64,000 bases of DNA from assembly GCA_038321985.1 (NCBI GenBank), contig JBBQFN010000012.1:83148-147147 (forward strand), read 5' to 3'. A program made the translations under genes and the position numbers. Origin of the DNA: Cyanophyceae cyanobacterium (lineage in GTDB: Bacteria > Cyanobacteriota > Cyanobacteriia > Cyanobacteriales > Laspinemataceae). Below, in pieces: positions 9,604 to 20,865 of the stretch (positions are counted from its first letter, which is position 1; every line of letters begins with the position of its first letter). A model generated the notes under the pieces. It did not search any database, was not told the origin of the DNA, and was given only the letters and a program-made list of their open reading frames with translations.

Positions 9604-10778
9604 ACGAGTACCTCTTCAATGATATGTTCAATTAGTGAAAACCGATAGCTAATTTTTTGTGGACCCAGAGAAATTGATTTAACAAAGGCTTCATCATTTT
9701 TCATGCAATTTATAAATTTTTGAATCAATTGGGTTTTGCGCTTGATTAAGAGTTCAATCTGTTCATCGGTGAGATTTCCTAGGCAGGCGGACCAAGCCTC
9801 AAACAAGGATTTGTTAATCGGATATTTTTTGTCTGGATTTTCGGCAGATAGTTTCCGAAAGGCGCGATCGCCAAAAATCTCAAAGGCAGCCACCATCACT
9901 TTTCTAAATTTTACTTCTATCACGTTAAGTTCCGCATCATTCATTTTATTAACGGTAGCCAAGGTTTCATTAAAAAAATAATCTCTACCTTTTTTGACGG
10001 GATAATCTTTGTAAGGCGTTATGGTATAGGCTAAAAACCCGACGATAAATTCATGATCATCCCGACGGGCTTTTTTAGATTCTCCTAAATTGATGACTTG
10101 TTTAAATTCGGGAAATTCAGCGAGTCTTGCTAAAAGTTTTGTAGCTTTACCCGGATTGAGAGCGTGACGGAGTTCTTGAGGAGATAGGGGTAAACCTCCG
10201 GTATTAATTCGTTTAAAAATGTTATATTTAACTTCCGGGGGAGTGCCTTTTTCAATCAGATAAAGGGTTAGCTGCGTTTCTGCAATTCGACGCTGGTAGT
10301 TTCGAGGGAGTTCATCATAATTTTTCCCTTCAATATCTTTGAGATATTCTAACCCTTTCAGTTTCAGCGTTTTGTCTATGATAAACTCCTTAATGGCACT
10401 TAGACGTTGTAATCCATCAATCACTAGCCACTTGTCGTCATTAGTCGCATCTAAATAAAAGGCAGGCAAAGGTATCCGGATAAGGATAGATTCAATTAAG
10501 CGGCTTTTTACATCTTCTTTCCAGATTCCTTCTTTGCGCTGAAAATCCGGTGCTAAGTCTAGTTCATCATGATTAATTCGCGAGAGGACCAGATCTATAG
10601 TCATGGGTCTAGTCTCCACCCTAATTTTTGTTGGATCAAAGGGCTCGTTTGTGGTTTCTTCTTCCTCTGGTTCGATCGCATTCTCGTCCTCAATCTCTAA
10701 GTCTGGTTCTAGCCATTGTTCGGCTTTATACTTGTCTTGTGCCACGCTTACTCCTTCGGGATATGCCCCATTGATCAC
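9600..10778 (-). CDS. DUF262 (ParB/GmrS-like) domain protein (NsnA-like)
   Basis: PDFQR, SRLIESIL, VIDGLQRL and FKRINTGG motifs. ATGA overlap with the ATPase gene. Confidence 0.9.
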   Translation of the reverse strand: MINGAYPEGVSVAQDKYKAEQWLEPDLEIEDENAIEPEEEETTNEPFDPTKIRVETRPMTIDLVLSRINHDELDLAPDFQRKEGIWKEDVKSRLIESILIRIPLPAFYLDATNDDKWLVIDGLQRLSAIKEFIIDKTLKLKGLEYLKDIEGKNYDELPRNYQRRIAETQLTLYLIEKGTPPEVKYNIFKRINTGGLPLSPQELRHALNPGKATKLLARLAEFPEFKQVINLGESKKARRDDHEFIVGFLAYTITPYKDYPVKKGRDYFFNETLATVNKMNDAELNVIEVKFRKVMVAAFEIFGDRAFRKLSAENPDKKYPINKSLFEAWSACLGNLTDEQIELLIKRKTQLIQKFINCMKNDEAFVKSISLGPQKISYRFSLIEHIIEEVLV

Positions 10779-11738
10779 CCTCCTGTTTAGGCCCAGTGTT
10801 AATCCCTAAGCCAATGGGAGCGTGATTATTCCTTCTGATTATATCAAAAAACACTCTGTGCTCAAATCAAGTTCATTAACCCTGATTTCCCTTAAAAGCC
10901 AAGATTGAAGTCAAAAACCAGGTTTTTTGGTGCAAACTGTATGACCGGTAGTTCCTTAAACTGATGCTTTTTATATTTTTTCTAGGGATATTACTTGGGT
11001 TATAGCGTTTATTTACTGGTCTTAAACCCAATCAATGCCTCTATAATCATCAGTTAATAGCCTACCTTTTTTAAAGTGAGCCTATCACTCGTCTAAATTT
11101 TTAACTCAAAATTGAGGGGGCGATCGCCATGCCTTAAAATTACTCGAAATTGAACAGAGTGAGCCATGACAATTCTATCCCTAAAATCCATCTGGAAAAA
11201 TAGGTTATCTGGTCTAAAATTTTCTCTACCCTAGGATAGATATTTGTTTAATTATTATTTTCACTTAATGGAGAACATAAGTGAAATATTACTCGCATTT
11301 CTTAAATACGAGCTTACAAAATGCAGAGAGTCTGATTTTGAGGGCTAGTTCGAGCGTTCATAATTGAGAGAATTTTCACATTTAAGTAAGAATATGCCCC
11401 TTTTAGTTCATGGACTCCATCCAAAACAAATTTATTTTAAAATTCTCCCGTAATTTTAGGGGCTTCACTCTTAAAGATAGGGTTCTGTGTCGGTTAAACC
11501 CTTGTGGAGTATAGATTTGATTTTTTTTAAGATGAAGATATCTTGACTCCTTCTCCCGGAAATCAGGCCGATCGCCCCCCATTTATTTCCAATATAGAAC
11601 CCTCAATGACAGGGGATAGGCCCCGCGATCGCCGGGATTTTGAGAAAATTCTTTGATTGAGTGGGCAAATCGAAAATCATCGAGTAACATTGCTTAACAT
11701 ATCTAAGATTAGATTCTTCACAAGTAAGGAAAAAACTG

Positions 11739-12341
11739 ATGAACGCTAAAATTTGGAACGGTTTCAACAAAAAGATTGCTGTTTTTTTAGGGGTTGTAGG
11801 GACAAGTTTGATGGTGGGACTGCCGGTGGTAGCAAATGTTGACTCCGCAGCGGATAACACGACAGATTCTAACGAGGTGCTCATGGAAGCCCCCCCGGAA
11901 AGAACCGAGAGCAACATGGACAGCAGTCAAAAGACAATTGTTGATATTGCAGCCGGTAATGAATCTTTCACCACCCTGACCGCTGCTTTAGAGGCAGCGG
12001 GTTTAACCGACACCCTATCCGGTGAAGGTCCCTTTACAGTTTTTGCACCCACCGATGAAGCATTTGCAGCTTTACCCGAAGGCACTTTAGAACAGTTATT
12101 GCAGCCGGAGAACCGCGATCTTCTGATTCAGGTTTTAACCTATCATGTAGTACCCGGTTCGGTCATGTCTGGGGACCTAACAACTACAGCAGTTCCCAGC
12201 GTTGAAGGTCGGCCTATTAATGTGACGGTGGGTGACGATAGCGTTATGGTCAATAGTGCTACGGTGGTTCAAGCCGATATCCAAGCAAGTAACGGCGTGA
12301 TTCATGTCATTGACCAAGTAATCCTGCCTCCTCAAATGTAG
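11739..12341 (+). CDS. Secreted fasciclin (FAS1) domain protein
   Basis: Signal peptide, FTVFAPTDEAF, LTYHVV, NGVIHVIDQVI. Confidence 0.95.
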   Translation: MNAKIWNGFNKKIAVFLGVVGTSLMVGLPVVANVDSAADNTTDSNEVLMEAPPERTESNMDSSQKTIVDIAAGNESFTTLTAALEAAGLTDTLSGEGPFTVFAPTDEAFAALPEGTLEQLLQPENRDLLIQVLTYHVVPGSVMSGDLTTTAVPSVEGRPINVTVGDDSVMVNSATVVQADIQASNGVIHVIDQVILPPQM

Positions 12342-12403
12342 AGAAAACGATGATCATGGGGTTCTAATTTACTGATTTAGAACCTAGCGATTGAATCCGT
12401 GAG

Positions 12404-12447
12404 AAAGGGGGTTTGTTCGGCCATGAAAGAACAAACTTCCCTTTTTT
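12404..12447 (+). terminator. Intrinsic terminator after the fasciclin gene
   Basis: AAAGGGGGTTTGTTC..GAACAAACTTCCCTTTTTT hairpin with a U tract. Confidence 0.7.
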
Positions 12448-12513
12448 GGATGAGTGAGGGTCCGATTTAAGAAATTACCGTCCACTGGGTTTAGGGATTT
12501 CGATTAAGGTTTA

Positions 12514-12947
12514 TCAAGTTTCCCAATCCTCCCGCAAAATGGCATAAAGTTTTATATTCTATTGGCGGAGGATTCCTTCAAATTTCATCCCGACTTTTTC
12601 CAGAACCCGGGCTGAGGATAGATTGGCAACTTTACATCGAGTTTCAATCCGGTTTGAGTCTTTTTCTTGAAAGCCAAAGGCGATTAAGTTGCGATCGCCC
12701 TTATGAATAATGGCTCCTTAAAACTTTGAGGTATCTTATATTTTTTCATGATAAAATTTAAAAAACTTGGGTATTTTTTAGGAATTGATGGGGGCCAAGT
12801 TGTGTATTTCGATACTTCGGGTTCTGAGGCATATTCAAACAAATTCGGTGCATCGTCAAGACTTATTTTTCTGAGGATCAGTCGATCAGTTTCTAAGATG
12901 GGCAAGTCAGGACCTGTAGGTAAAGTCCGGGGGATAATCTTCTGCAA
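12514..12947 (-). pseudogene. Degraded RimJ/RimL-type GNAT acetyltransferase
   Basis: The 5' part reads LETDRLILRKISLDDA..EVSKYTTW. A second frame reads GAIIHKGDRNLI/AFGFQEKDSNRIETRCKVANLSSARVLEKVGMKFEGILRQ*..LYAILREDWET*. There is a frameshift, an in-frame stop at 12559-12561 and the central motif is missing. Confidence 0.75.
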
Positions 12948-13150
12948 AGCGTTATTTTAACTATATTACCTGCCGATCGCCCTCAAGGCTGGCTACTATT
13001 TCTGAATCTAGGCCAGTACCGTAAACCCTTGAGGTTAAAGGGTTTATGAGGGATTAGACCCTTGGCTAGTTCGCCAAAACGACTGATATCCCATCTACTC
13101 ACTCCTCCTTTTATAATCTGGAAAGCATGGCTTTAATACTATTAATATAT

Positions 13151-13447
13151 TTATTCCTGGATATATTCTAAACACTTGAGAGTCTTGATTTGTTCCTCTA
13201 AGTCTAAAAATAGTTGGTATTCGCCTGCCCACTCTAAATATTCTAAATCTCCCCCTTCCATATCTTCGGCAGTGAGTTTATTCTTTAACTGGTTCGATGG
13301 CTGTTTATATTTATTTTCAAAATAATCCAGTCTTATTCTTGCCAATTTTTGGTTCTTTTCCAGGCGACCTAATTCCGAGGCGATCGCTCTTTTGATCAGT
13401 TCGGTTATGCGCTCAGGATGATCAGTTTTCAGAATAATTTCTGCCAT
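13151..13447 (-). CDS. Small protein, putative antitoxin (TumA-like); partner toxin apparently degraded
   Basis: 98 aa with RLDYFENKYKQPS..DLEYLEWAGEYQ, resembling small antitoxin-like proteins. RBS GAGGTG upstream. Confidence 0.5.
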   Translation of the reverse strand: MAEIILKTDHPERITELIKRAIASELGRLEKNQKLARIRLDYFENKYKQPSNQLKNKLTAEDMEGGDLEYLEWAGEYQLFLDLEEQIKTLKCLEYIQE

Positions 13448-13623
13448 ATCTGCACCTCGTTAGGGTCTGCTGTTCCAGTATAAACCAATCAATCCTCCCT
13501 GAGGCGATCGCCCAAGTTGAGCCCATCTTGCCGCACCAATACCGACTGCCTTCAACTTGGGCTACCATTACTCAGCCTCTACCAGTAAAATGTAACTGAC
13601 CCCATACCGTTAACTGTTTTCCG

Positions 13624-14838
13624 ATGAAGCTGAGTCTTTGCACGATCGTCAAAAACGAAGAAGCTACCCTTCCTAAATGTCTTGCCAGCGTTAAGGATGT
13701 GGTCGATGAAATGGTGGTTCTCGATACCGGATCCACCGATCGCACCGTAGAAATCGCCCAGGAGTTTGGTGCAAAGGTTCATCACTTCGACTGGTGCAAT
13801 GATTTCGCGGCGGCGCGGAATGAATCCCTGAAATATGCCGAAGGGGACTGGATTTTGGTTTTAGATGCGGATGAGGTGCTGACTCCGGAAGTTGTCCCTA
13901 AAATTAAAGAATTGATTAACGGAACTGGCACCTTCCAAGGGGGACCATATCTTTTAATAAATTTAATTCGCCAAGAAGTGGGTGCTCAACAATCGCCCTA
14001 TTCCCTGGTTTCCCGCTTGTTTAGAAATCAACCGGGTATTCAGTTTGAGCGTCCCTATCATGCCATGATTGATGATAGTGTACAACGGCTATTACAGCAC
14101 CAATCGAATCAATGGCAGGTGGGTTCATTGATGGCGGTGGCAATTTTGCACGAAGGGTATCAAGCTAAAGCGATCGCCTCCCGAGATAAGTTGACCCGCG
14201 CCAGAGAGTCCATGGAATCCTATCTCACTACTCATCCGAACGATGCCTATACTTGCAGTAAACTTGGGGCTTTGTATGTTCAAAGTGGAGAAATGAAACG
14301 GGGGATGCAGTTATTAAAACTGGGATTGGCGGCGAGTACGCGATTAGAACCCCTGGTTTTGTATGAATTGCACTATCATTTGGGAATTGCCTACACCCGT
14401 GACCAAAAACTGAGTAAAGCTAAAGCGCAGTATGAAAAAGCGACTGCCCTGCCCATTTTAGAACCCATCAAATTGGGGGCGTATAATAACTTAGGTAATT
14501 TGCTGTTAGAAACAGGAAATCTCACCGGCGCGATCGCCACCTATCAGAAAGTCCTACAAATTGACCCTTCCATGAGTTCAGCCTATTTTAATTTGGGAAT
14601 TGCCCTCAAAGAGAAAAAGCTAATCCCCCATGCGATCGCCGCCTATCAAAAAGCCATTCAACTCAATCCAAACTATGCTGAAGCGTACCAAAATCTTGGA
14701 GTAGCCTTACTCAAAGGCGGCAATATTTTAGATGGATTAGAGGCATTTCGACGGGCAATCACCCTATACGAACAACGGCACTCAACCGCCGGTGCCGCCT
14801 TGCGCCAAAGTTTAAAAGATATGGGATTTAAAGTGTGA
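13624..14838 (+). CDS. Family 2 glycosyltransferase with C-terminal TPRs
   Basis: LSLCTIVKNEE, DTGSTD, ILVLDADE (DxD), TPR motifs AYNNLG, AYFNLG and AYQNLG. Confidence 0.92.
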   Translation: MKLSLCTIVKNEEATLPKCLASVKDVVDEMVVLDTGSTDRTVEIAQEFGAKVHHFDWCNDFAAARNESLKYAEGDWILVLDADEVLTPEVVPKIKELINGTGTFQGGPYLLINLIRQEVGAQQSPYSLVSRLFRNQPGIQFERPYHAMIDDSVQRLLQHQSNQWQVGSLMAVAILHEGYQAKAIASRDKLTRARESMESYLTTHPNDAYTCSKLGALYVQSGEMKRGMQLLKLGLAASTRLEPLVLYELHYHLGIAYTRDQKLSKAKAQYEKATALPILEPIKLGAYNNLGNLLLETGNLTGAIATYQKVLQIDPSMSSAYFNLGIALKEKKLIPHAIAAYQKAIQLNPNYAEAYQNLGVALLKGGNILDGLEAFRRAITLYEQRHSTAGAALRQSLKDMGFKV

Positions 14839-14969
14839 GGGAAACTCTCAAATCCAGTAAAAAGTATTGTTTTCACCGGTTCTTCCTGCATCACTGCGGT
14901 TGATGATTGGGGATGAAGCCATACAATAGAAAGAATCAATGACGTGAGTTTCAACAGGGAGGAGAACAG

Positions 14970-15887
14970 ATGGTAGCTGGTGTTTTACCCGGAGATTTAG
15001 CCTGTGGTTGCCTGAGTACACTGATCCCAGCAGAACCCACCCCCGAACCCAACCCCGGATCTACACCGGGACCGACAGAACCGGGACTTCCCCCGGGGGA
15101 AGTCTTAAACCCGGAGGACTTTCTGGACCTCCGGGATGACCCCCTGCGTCCCGATGATTTTAGGCTGAGTGGAGGACAACTCGCTGAACGCCTAGGGGGA
15201 GTCAGAGCTTTAGCGGGGGATGATACAGTCATTGGTTCAGTCTCTAATGAACTGATCAATGGGAATTTAGGTAACGATGTATTATTTGGCCGAGGGGGTA
15301 ATGACACGTTGCGCGGGGGACAGGATAATGATGCCGTTTATGGAGAAGAAGGGGATGATATTCTTAACGGCAATCGCGGGGATGATTTAGTCACCGGAAG
15401 TAGAGGAAACGATCTTGTGCGCGGGGGTCAAGACAACGATTTGCTAATAGGTGGGGAAGGAAATGATACCCTAATCGGTGATTTCGGACTCGATCGCATG
15501 GTGGGGGGAAGTGGTACGGATTTATTTGTCCTTCGCACCGATGCCGCCTCCACCAATCCCGAAGAAGCGGATATTATTTTGGATTTTAATAACGATCAAA
15601 TTGGACTCACCGGAGGTGTAACAACCAATGATTTGGTATTTCAACCGTTTACTCGGAATTTAGAGAGCGAACTTACCATTTTGCAAACCTATACGACCGA
15701 TGATGTTTTAGTCTTAAGTGGATTATCCGCAGGCCAACTGAACCCGAATGAGAATGGAGAGATCAATGGGACATTAATTCAACAGGAGTCCACAGGTAGA
15801 GTGTTAGCAGTTGTGCTGAATGTGACGGAAAGTGAACTGCGAAGGGCAATCACCCCGGTCCCGGCAGAGATTTTAGCTCTAGGGTAA
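14970..15887 (+). CDS. Hemolysin-type (RTX) calcium-binding repeat protein
   Basis: Multiple GGxGNDxLxG nonapeptides. Confidence 0.88.
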   Translation: MVAGVLPGDLACGCLSTLIPAEPTPEPNPGSTPGPTEPGLPPGEVLNPEDFLDLRDDPLRPDDFRLSGGQLAERLGGVRALAGDDTVIGSVSNELINGNLGNDVLFGRGGNDTLRGGQDNDAVYGEEGDDILNGNRGDDLVTGSRGNDLVRGGQDNDLLIGGEGNDTLIGDFGLDRMVGGSGTDLFVLRTDAASTNPEEADIILDFNNDQIGLTGGVTTNDLVFQPFTRNLESELTILQTYTTDDVLVLSGLSAGQLNPNENGEINGTLIQQESTGRVLAVVLNVTESELRRAITPVPAEILALG

Positions 15888-15921
15888 CTTAGCCCAGGCG
15901 ATCGCATCCGTAAAAACGGAG

Positions 15922-16785
15922 TTATTCCGGTGGCAATTCTAGGGGAATTTGACCTAACAATCCCTTGCGAAAATCGTTGAGAATTTGTCGCGCCGCCCGT
16001 TCCACATCCCCCTCATATCGAGATTGGGCGAAATTGTGTAAATAATCTTCGCCACTGATCGCGAAGGGGTCGATTCGATAGCGCGATCGCAATGCGTGGG
16101 GGGGAATCAGTCCTTTCCCAATCTCTTCAACTTCTTTCACCAACTCCAAAAATGCCGACGCCACCCGCTGATTATCGTAAGCTGCCTCGCCGATATCGTC
16201 ACAAATGGCTAATTTAAAGGCCGCTTCTTGATCCTCTAACTTACTAGGAATCACTCCAGGGGCATCCAACAGTTCAAGTTCATCAGAAATCCTCACCCAC
16301 CGCAATTGCTTCGTCACCCCCGCACGTCGGGCGCTTTCCACTACCCGCCGCCCTACTAATCGATTAATTAAGGCCGATTTGCCCACATTGGGAAACCCAA
16401 TCACCACTGCACGCACCGCGCGAGGGCGCATCCCGCGATCGAGACGACGTTGATTGAGGGCAATCCCTGCCTCCTTCGCTGCCTTAAATACCGCCTTCAC
16501 CCCAGTACCATCTTGAGCATTCGTAAAGTAGGGGATTTCTCCGTTACGTTGAAACCACAGATGCCAGCGATCGCGCAGGGGTGGCAAAATCGTATCTACC
16601 CGATTCAGCACTAAAACACGACTTTTACTACCCACCCATTGCGGCACCTGGGGATGATGGGTAGACAAAGGAATCCGGGCATCCCGAACCTCCAACACCA
16701 CATCCACCAATTTCAATTGTTCCGCCAGTTGTTTTTCCGCCTTAGAAATATGGCCGGGATACCATTGAATGTCAGGAGTTGTCAT
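15922..16785 (-). CDS. ylqF: Ribosome biogenesis GTPase YlqF/RbgA
   Basis: IQWYPGH N-terminus, EVRDARIP, GFPNVGKS, LLDAPG (circularly permuted GTPase). Confidence 0.95.
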   Translation of the reverse strand: MTTPDIQWYPGHISKAEKQLAEQLKLVDVVLEVRDARIPLSTHHPQVPQWVGSKSRVLVLNRVDTILPPLRDRWHLWFQRNGEIPYFTNAQDGTGVKAVFKAAKEAGIALNQRRLDRGMRPRAVRAVVIGFPNVGKSALINRLVGRRVVESARRAGVTKQLRWVRISDELELLDAPGVIPSKLEDQEAAFKLAICDDIGEAAYDNQRVASAFLELVKEVEEIGKGLIPPHALRSRYRIDPFAISGEDYLHNFAQSRYEGDVERAARQILNDFRKGLLGQIPLELPPE

Positions 16786-16802
16786 GTTAGATACTTGGTA
16801 AC

Positions 16803-16834
16803 GAGGATGGGGGAGATGGGGAGGATGGGGGAGA
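16803..16834. repeat. Short G-rich tandem repeat with about 9-bp period (STRR-like)
   Basis: GAGGATGGGGGAGATGGGGAGGATGGGGGAGA. Confidence 0.6.
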
Positions 16835-16851
16835 GTAGGTTATTCAATTTC

Positions 16852-16878
16852 GTAGTAACGACAGCAAGTCGTTACTAC
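16852..16878. repeat. GTAG-type REP palindrome
   Basis: GTAGTAACGAC-AGCAA-GTCGTTACTAC, perfect 11-bp arms. Same family as 2062-2196 and 25315-25340. Confidence 0.8.
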
Positions 16879-16899
16879 TAATGGGGGGAGAAACTTCCC

Positions 16900-17313
16900 C
16901 TACGGTACAATCAACACCGGACAAGGGGCCAGATTAATCACGCGATTGGTGACGCTATCGGCGAGACCCTCTTCCGTTAAACCAATACCGCGACAGCCCA
17001 TAATCACCAGATCGGCATTGATTTCATCCGCCACATCGCAAATGATAAAGGCGGGTTTTCCTTCGCGTTCGATGGTTTCCGCTTGGATACCTAGCTTAGA
17101 AAACATCGACTGAGCATTTTTGAGTAATTCGGCGATCGCCTCTGGGGTCATCACTTGTTCGGGCGGTGGAGGTTCTTCTCCCTCCACCGGGACTTCATTC
17201 ACGGATAGCAGGATTAAGCGGGAGTTAAAGGTTTTGACCATTTGGGCCACCGTATCCGCAGCTTCACGGGATTCGCGACTCTCATCGATCGGAAAAAGAA
17301 CAGTTTTAAACAT
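16900..17313 (-). CDS. Universal stress protein
   Basis: MFKTVLFPIDES, ADLVIMGCRG, SVTNRVINLAPCPVLIV. Confidence 0.95.
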   Translation of the reverse strand: MFKTVLFPIDESRESREAADTVAQMVKTFNSRLILLSVNEVPVEGEEPPPPEQVMTPEAIAELLKNAQSMFSKLGIQAETIEREGKPAFIICDVADEINADLVIMGCRGIGLTEEGLADSVTNRVINLAPCPVLIVP

Positions 17314-17506
17314 AGCAGCCGTGTTTAGGACGCACTCAACGATAAAATGTTTACGGCAAACCTTCCAGATAGAGAGAGACTCCTCTATCGCGACGCCACG
17401 AATGGCGTCAGTTTTGGAGGCTGCCTAGGCGCAGGAGTTAAATCCCACGCGCTATAAGCCGATTTTCTAGAAAATAGACCAAAAAACGCAATTAGGAGGG
17501 ATCTTC

Positions 17507-18712
17507 ATGCCCAAGAAAACTGTAGCAAATTTGTCAGCCTCAGACCTATCGGGTAAACGGGTGTTAGTCCGTGCCGACTTTAATGTACCCCTGGACGATG
17601 CAGGTAATATCACCGATGATACCCGGATTCGGGCGGCATTGCCGACGATTCAAGATTTAACTGGCAAAGGGGCTAAAGTTATTCTCGCCAGCCATTTCGG
17701 ACGTCCCAAGGGTCAAGTGAATGAAAAGATGCGTCTAACCCCGGTTGCCAAGCGCCTCTCGGAATTACTCGGCAAAGAAGTCATCAAATGTGATGACTGC
17801 ATTGGGGATGAGGTGGCAAACAAAGTTAAAGGGATGGAAAACGGCCAGGTTGCTTTACTGGAAAATGTCCGTTTCTACGCCGAAGAAGAGAAAAACGACC
17901 CCGAATTTGCTAAAAAGCTGGCTTCCGTTGCCGATTTGTATGTAAACGATGCCTTTGGGACCGCCCACCGCGCCCATGCTTCCACGGAAGGGGTGACCCA
18001 TTACCTGAGTCCCTCGGTTGCCGGGTCTTTAATGGAGAAAGAACTGCAATATCTCAAAGGGGCGATCGAAGAACCTCAACGTCCTTTGGCAGCAATTATC
18101 GGCGGTTCTAAAGTATCCAGCAAAATTGGCGTCATCGAAACCCTTTTAGATAAGTGTGACAAACTGCTACTCGGTGGCGGGATGATTTTCACCTTCTTAA
18201 AAGCACGGGGGATCAGCGTCGGTAATTCCTTAGTGGAAGATGACAAACTAGAGTTAGCCAAGTCATTGGAAGCGAAAGCAAAAGAACGCGGTGTGGCGAT
18301 GTTGCTGCCAACCGATGTTGTGATCGCGGATAAATTTGGTGCGGATGCGAATACGCAAATTGTCAGCGTTGAAAATATCCCCGATGGTTGGATGGGATTG
18401 GATATTGGTCCGGATTCTGTGAAAACCTTCCAAGATGCTCTGGCTGATTGCAAGACGGTGATTTGGAACGGACCGATGGGTGTATTTGAAATCGATAAAT
18501 TCGCCAAAGGTACCGAGGCGATCGCCCATACTTTATCCGAACTGACCCCCAAAGGCACTACCACCATCATCGGCGGTGGCGACTCCGTAGCAGCAGTTGA
18601 AAAAGTTGGATTGGCAGATAAAATGAGCCACATTTCCACCGGCGGCGGTGCCAGCTTAGAATTACTCGAAGGCAAGGAACTCCCCGGAGTTGCTGCCTTA
18701 GATGAAGCCTAA
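17507..18712 (+). CDS. pgk: Phosphoglycerate kinase
   Basis: [48 protein letters not shown]. Confidence 0.98.
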   Translation: MPKKTVANLSASDLSGKRVLVRADFNVPLDDAGNITDDTRIRAALPTIQDLTGKGAKVILASHFGRPKGQVNEKMRLTPVAKRLSELLGKEVIKCDDCIGDEVANKVKGMENGQVALLENVRFYAEEEKNDPEFAKKLASVADLYVNDAFGTAHRAHASTEGVTHYLSPSVAGSLMEKELQYLKGAIEEPQRPLAAIIGGSKVSSKIGVIETLLDKCDKLLLGGGMIFTFLKARGISVGNSLVEDDKLELAKSLEAKAKERGVAMLLPTDVVIADKFGADANTQIVSVENIPDGWMGLDIGPDSVKTFQDALADCKTVIWNGPMGVFEIDKFAKGTEAIAHTLSELTPKGTTTIIGGGDSVAAVEKVGLADKMSHISTGGGASLELLEGKELPGVAALDEA

Positions 18713-18765
18713 GCATTACGATTCTTAAAATGGGTTTTACACCCCTTTTTAATGCGTGACTCTGC

Positions 18766-18824
18766 CTGAATAAATCGCGATTTATTCAGCAGTTGAGTAG
18801 GGGTAATTTATAAATTACCTCTAC
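18766..18824. repeat. Two adjacent palindromes after pgk (24-bp perfect palindrome and a GTAG-type REP)
   Basis: CTGAATAAATCGCGATTTATTCAG at 18766-18789 and GTAGGGGTAATTTATAAATTACCTCTAC at 18797-18824. Confidence 0.75.
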
Positions 18825-19742
18825 TTTAAGCAAGCAATGGAAATCTTTATAGACTCCTGAGTAATTTTTAAATAGTCTCAAGAAATGGAATTTTTTCAGG
18901 TAGAATTATTAATTATTATTTTCCCTTGAAAATCCAGAAAATATAAGTAAAATTGGAGGGTTTAAAGCCAAGAAAATTTATAAAAAATTGAGTGCTTATT
19001 GGATTACTTGCGAGGGTTTTACCTATTAATTTTTATAAAATATCGGCAAATAAAATCATTTGGATTCATCTCTCGCCGGTTGTGGGGTTCAGAGCAAATT
19101 CGGCCTAAAAACTTCTGATACAAGGAGTAGCCTAGGTCGGCGGCCTTTAACAGGAAAGGCGCACCCAATCGGGGGTCGGTTGTGGCTTAAAATTCAATCT
19201 TTTGGGAGTTTAATATTTTTAAATATTAAACTCTTTTTAAAATAAAAATACACTTTTAAATAGTTATTATAATTTTGAACCTAACAAGCAGAATGAGATA
19301 AATTTAATTCAAAAATATAAATAAGATTGGGAATAGGGTAATCTCAACCCGAGTATCTTCTACAGTGGGGTTAAGTGGATTTATGCTCATCCACGTAATC
19401 GGTGTAGAAGGCTCCAATCACAAAGTAAAATTATCCGAATCGCGCTATAATAATCTTTTGGGATTCTTACGGGTTCACGACGGGTCCAATGAGATTTAGA
19501 GAACCAGGGAGGGGATTGATTCGGTTATCAAAACTTCGCGATCGTTTCTCACATACTGGAGCCTTTAATCAGTAAAGTTTTATTACATCAACCTTGACCC
19601 TCCAGCATTCTCAAGCGTTTACTGGAGTCGGGTCAACCCCAAAATCCCCGGAGGGAACCCCATTGCAATCGGTCAGTACGACCTAGTGCTGATTGGCTTC
19701 AACAGTCAACAAACCCACTAACCCTATCAATTCGGTGAAATC

Positions 19743-20705
19743 ATGAAAATAGCTCGAAATATTACAGAACTCGTCGGTCGCACTCCTTTAGTCGAATTAA
19801 ACCGCATTCCTCAAGCCGAAGGTTGCGTCGCTAGAATTGTGGTTAAATTAGAAGGAATGAACCCCGCCTCTTCCGTGAAGGATCGCATCGGCGTGAACAT
19901 GATTAATGTGGCAGAAGAGGAAGGGAAAATTATTCCGGGAAAAACCGTATTAGTGGAACCAACCTCGGGAAATACAGGAATTGCCCTAGCAATGGCTGCT
20001 GCTGCAAAGGGGTATCAACTGATTTTAACGATGCCAGAAACGATGAGTCAAGAGCGCCGATTGATGTTGAGCGCTTATGGGGCTAAAGTAGAATTGACTC
20101 CCGGCAATATGGGCATGAAAGGGGCAATCTCCCGGGCGCAAGAGATTGTAGATAGTACCCCGGATGCCTATATGTTGCAACAATTTAGTAACATGGCAAA
20201 CCCCCAGATTCATCGGGAGACAACTGCCGTAGAAATTTGGGACGATACAGATGGCACAGTAGACTTTGTAGTGTCTGGGGTGGGGACTGGAGGGACTTTA
20301 ACTGGGATAGCAGAAGTGCTCAAGGCGCGCAAACCCAGTTTTAAGGCGATCGCCGTCGAACCCACTAATAGTCCAATCCTATCCGGCGGTTCTCCCGGTC
20401 CTCACAAAATTCAAGGCATTGGTGCAGGATTCATTCCTGCGGTCTTAAAGGTAGAACTCATTGATGAAGTGATTATGGTCAGCGATGATGAATCGATGGC
20501 CTATAGTCGTCGTTTAGCCCGGGAAGAAGGACTCCTTTCAGGTATTTCCGCTGGTGCGGCCTTATGCGCCGCTATCCGCATCGGTCAACGTCCAGAAAAT
20601 AAAGGCAAGCTGATTGTGATGATTCAGCCCAGTTTTGGGGAACGTTACCTGAGTACGCCCCTATTCCAAGATCCAGAACTGCAAGCAGCAGCAGCAATCA
20701 GTTAA
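19743..20705 (+). CDS. cysK: Cysteine synthase A
   Basis: NPASSVKDR (PLP lysine), [24 protein letters not shown]. Confidence 0.97.
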   Translation: MKIARNITELVGRTPLVELNRIPQAEGCVARIVVKLEGMNPASSVKDRIGVNMINVAEEEGKIIPGKTVLVEPTSGNTGIALAMAAAAKGYQLILTMPETMSQERRLMLSAYGAKVELTPGNMGMKGAISRAQEIVDSTPDAYMLQQFSNMANPQIHRETTAVEIWDDTDGTVDFVVSGVGTGGTLTGIAEVLKARKPSFKAIAVEPTNSPILSGGSPGPHKIQGIGAGFIPAVLKVELIDEVIMVSDDESMAYSRRLAREEGLLSGISAGAALCAAIRIGQRPENKGKLIVMIQPSFGERYLSTPLFQDPELQAAAAIS

Positions 20706-20738
20706 TCTCGCTTCATTTATCTTCCCCCTGACTCCGGC

Positions 20739-20773
20739 ACTTTAACCCAAAAAACCGATTTCTGGGTTAAAGT
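20739..20773 (+). terminator. Hairpin after cysK
   Basis: ACTTTAACCCA..TGGGTTAAAGT, 11-bp arms. Confidence 0.6.
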
Positions 20774-20865
20774 ACCCATTTACTGTAGCAGCATGGGCGC
20801 AGAATGGATCAAAGCGATCGCCCTGGCAAAATTCCCACCCCATTGTAAAGAATTATAAAAACCCC

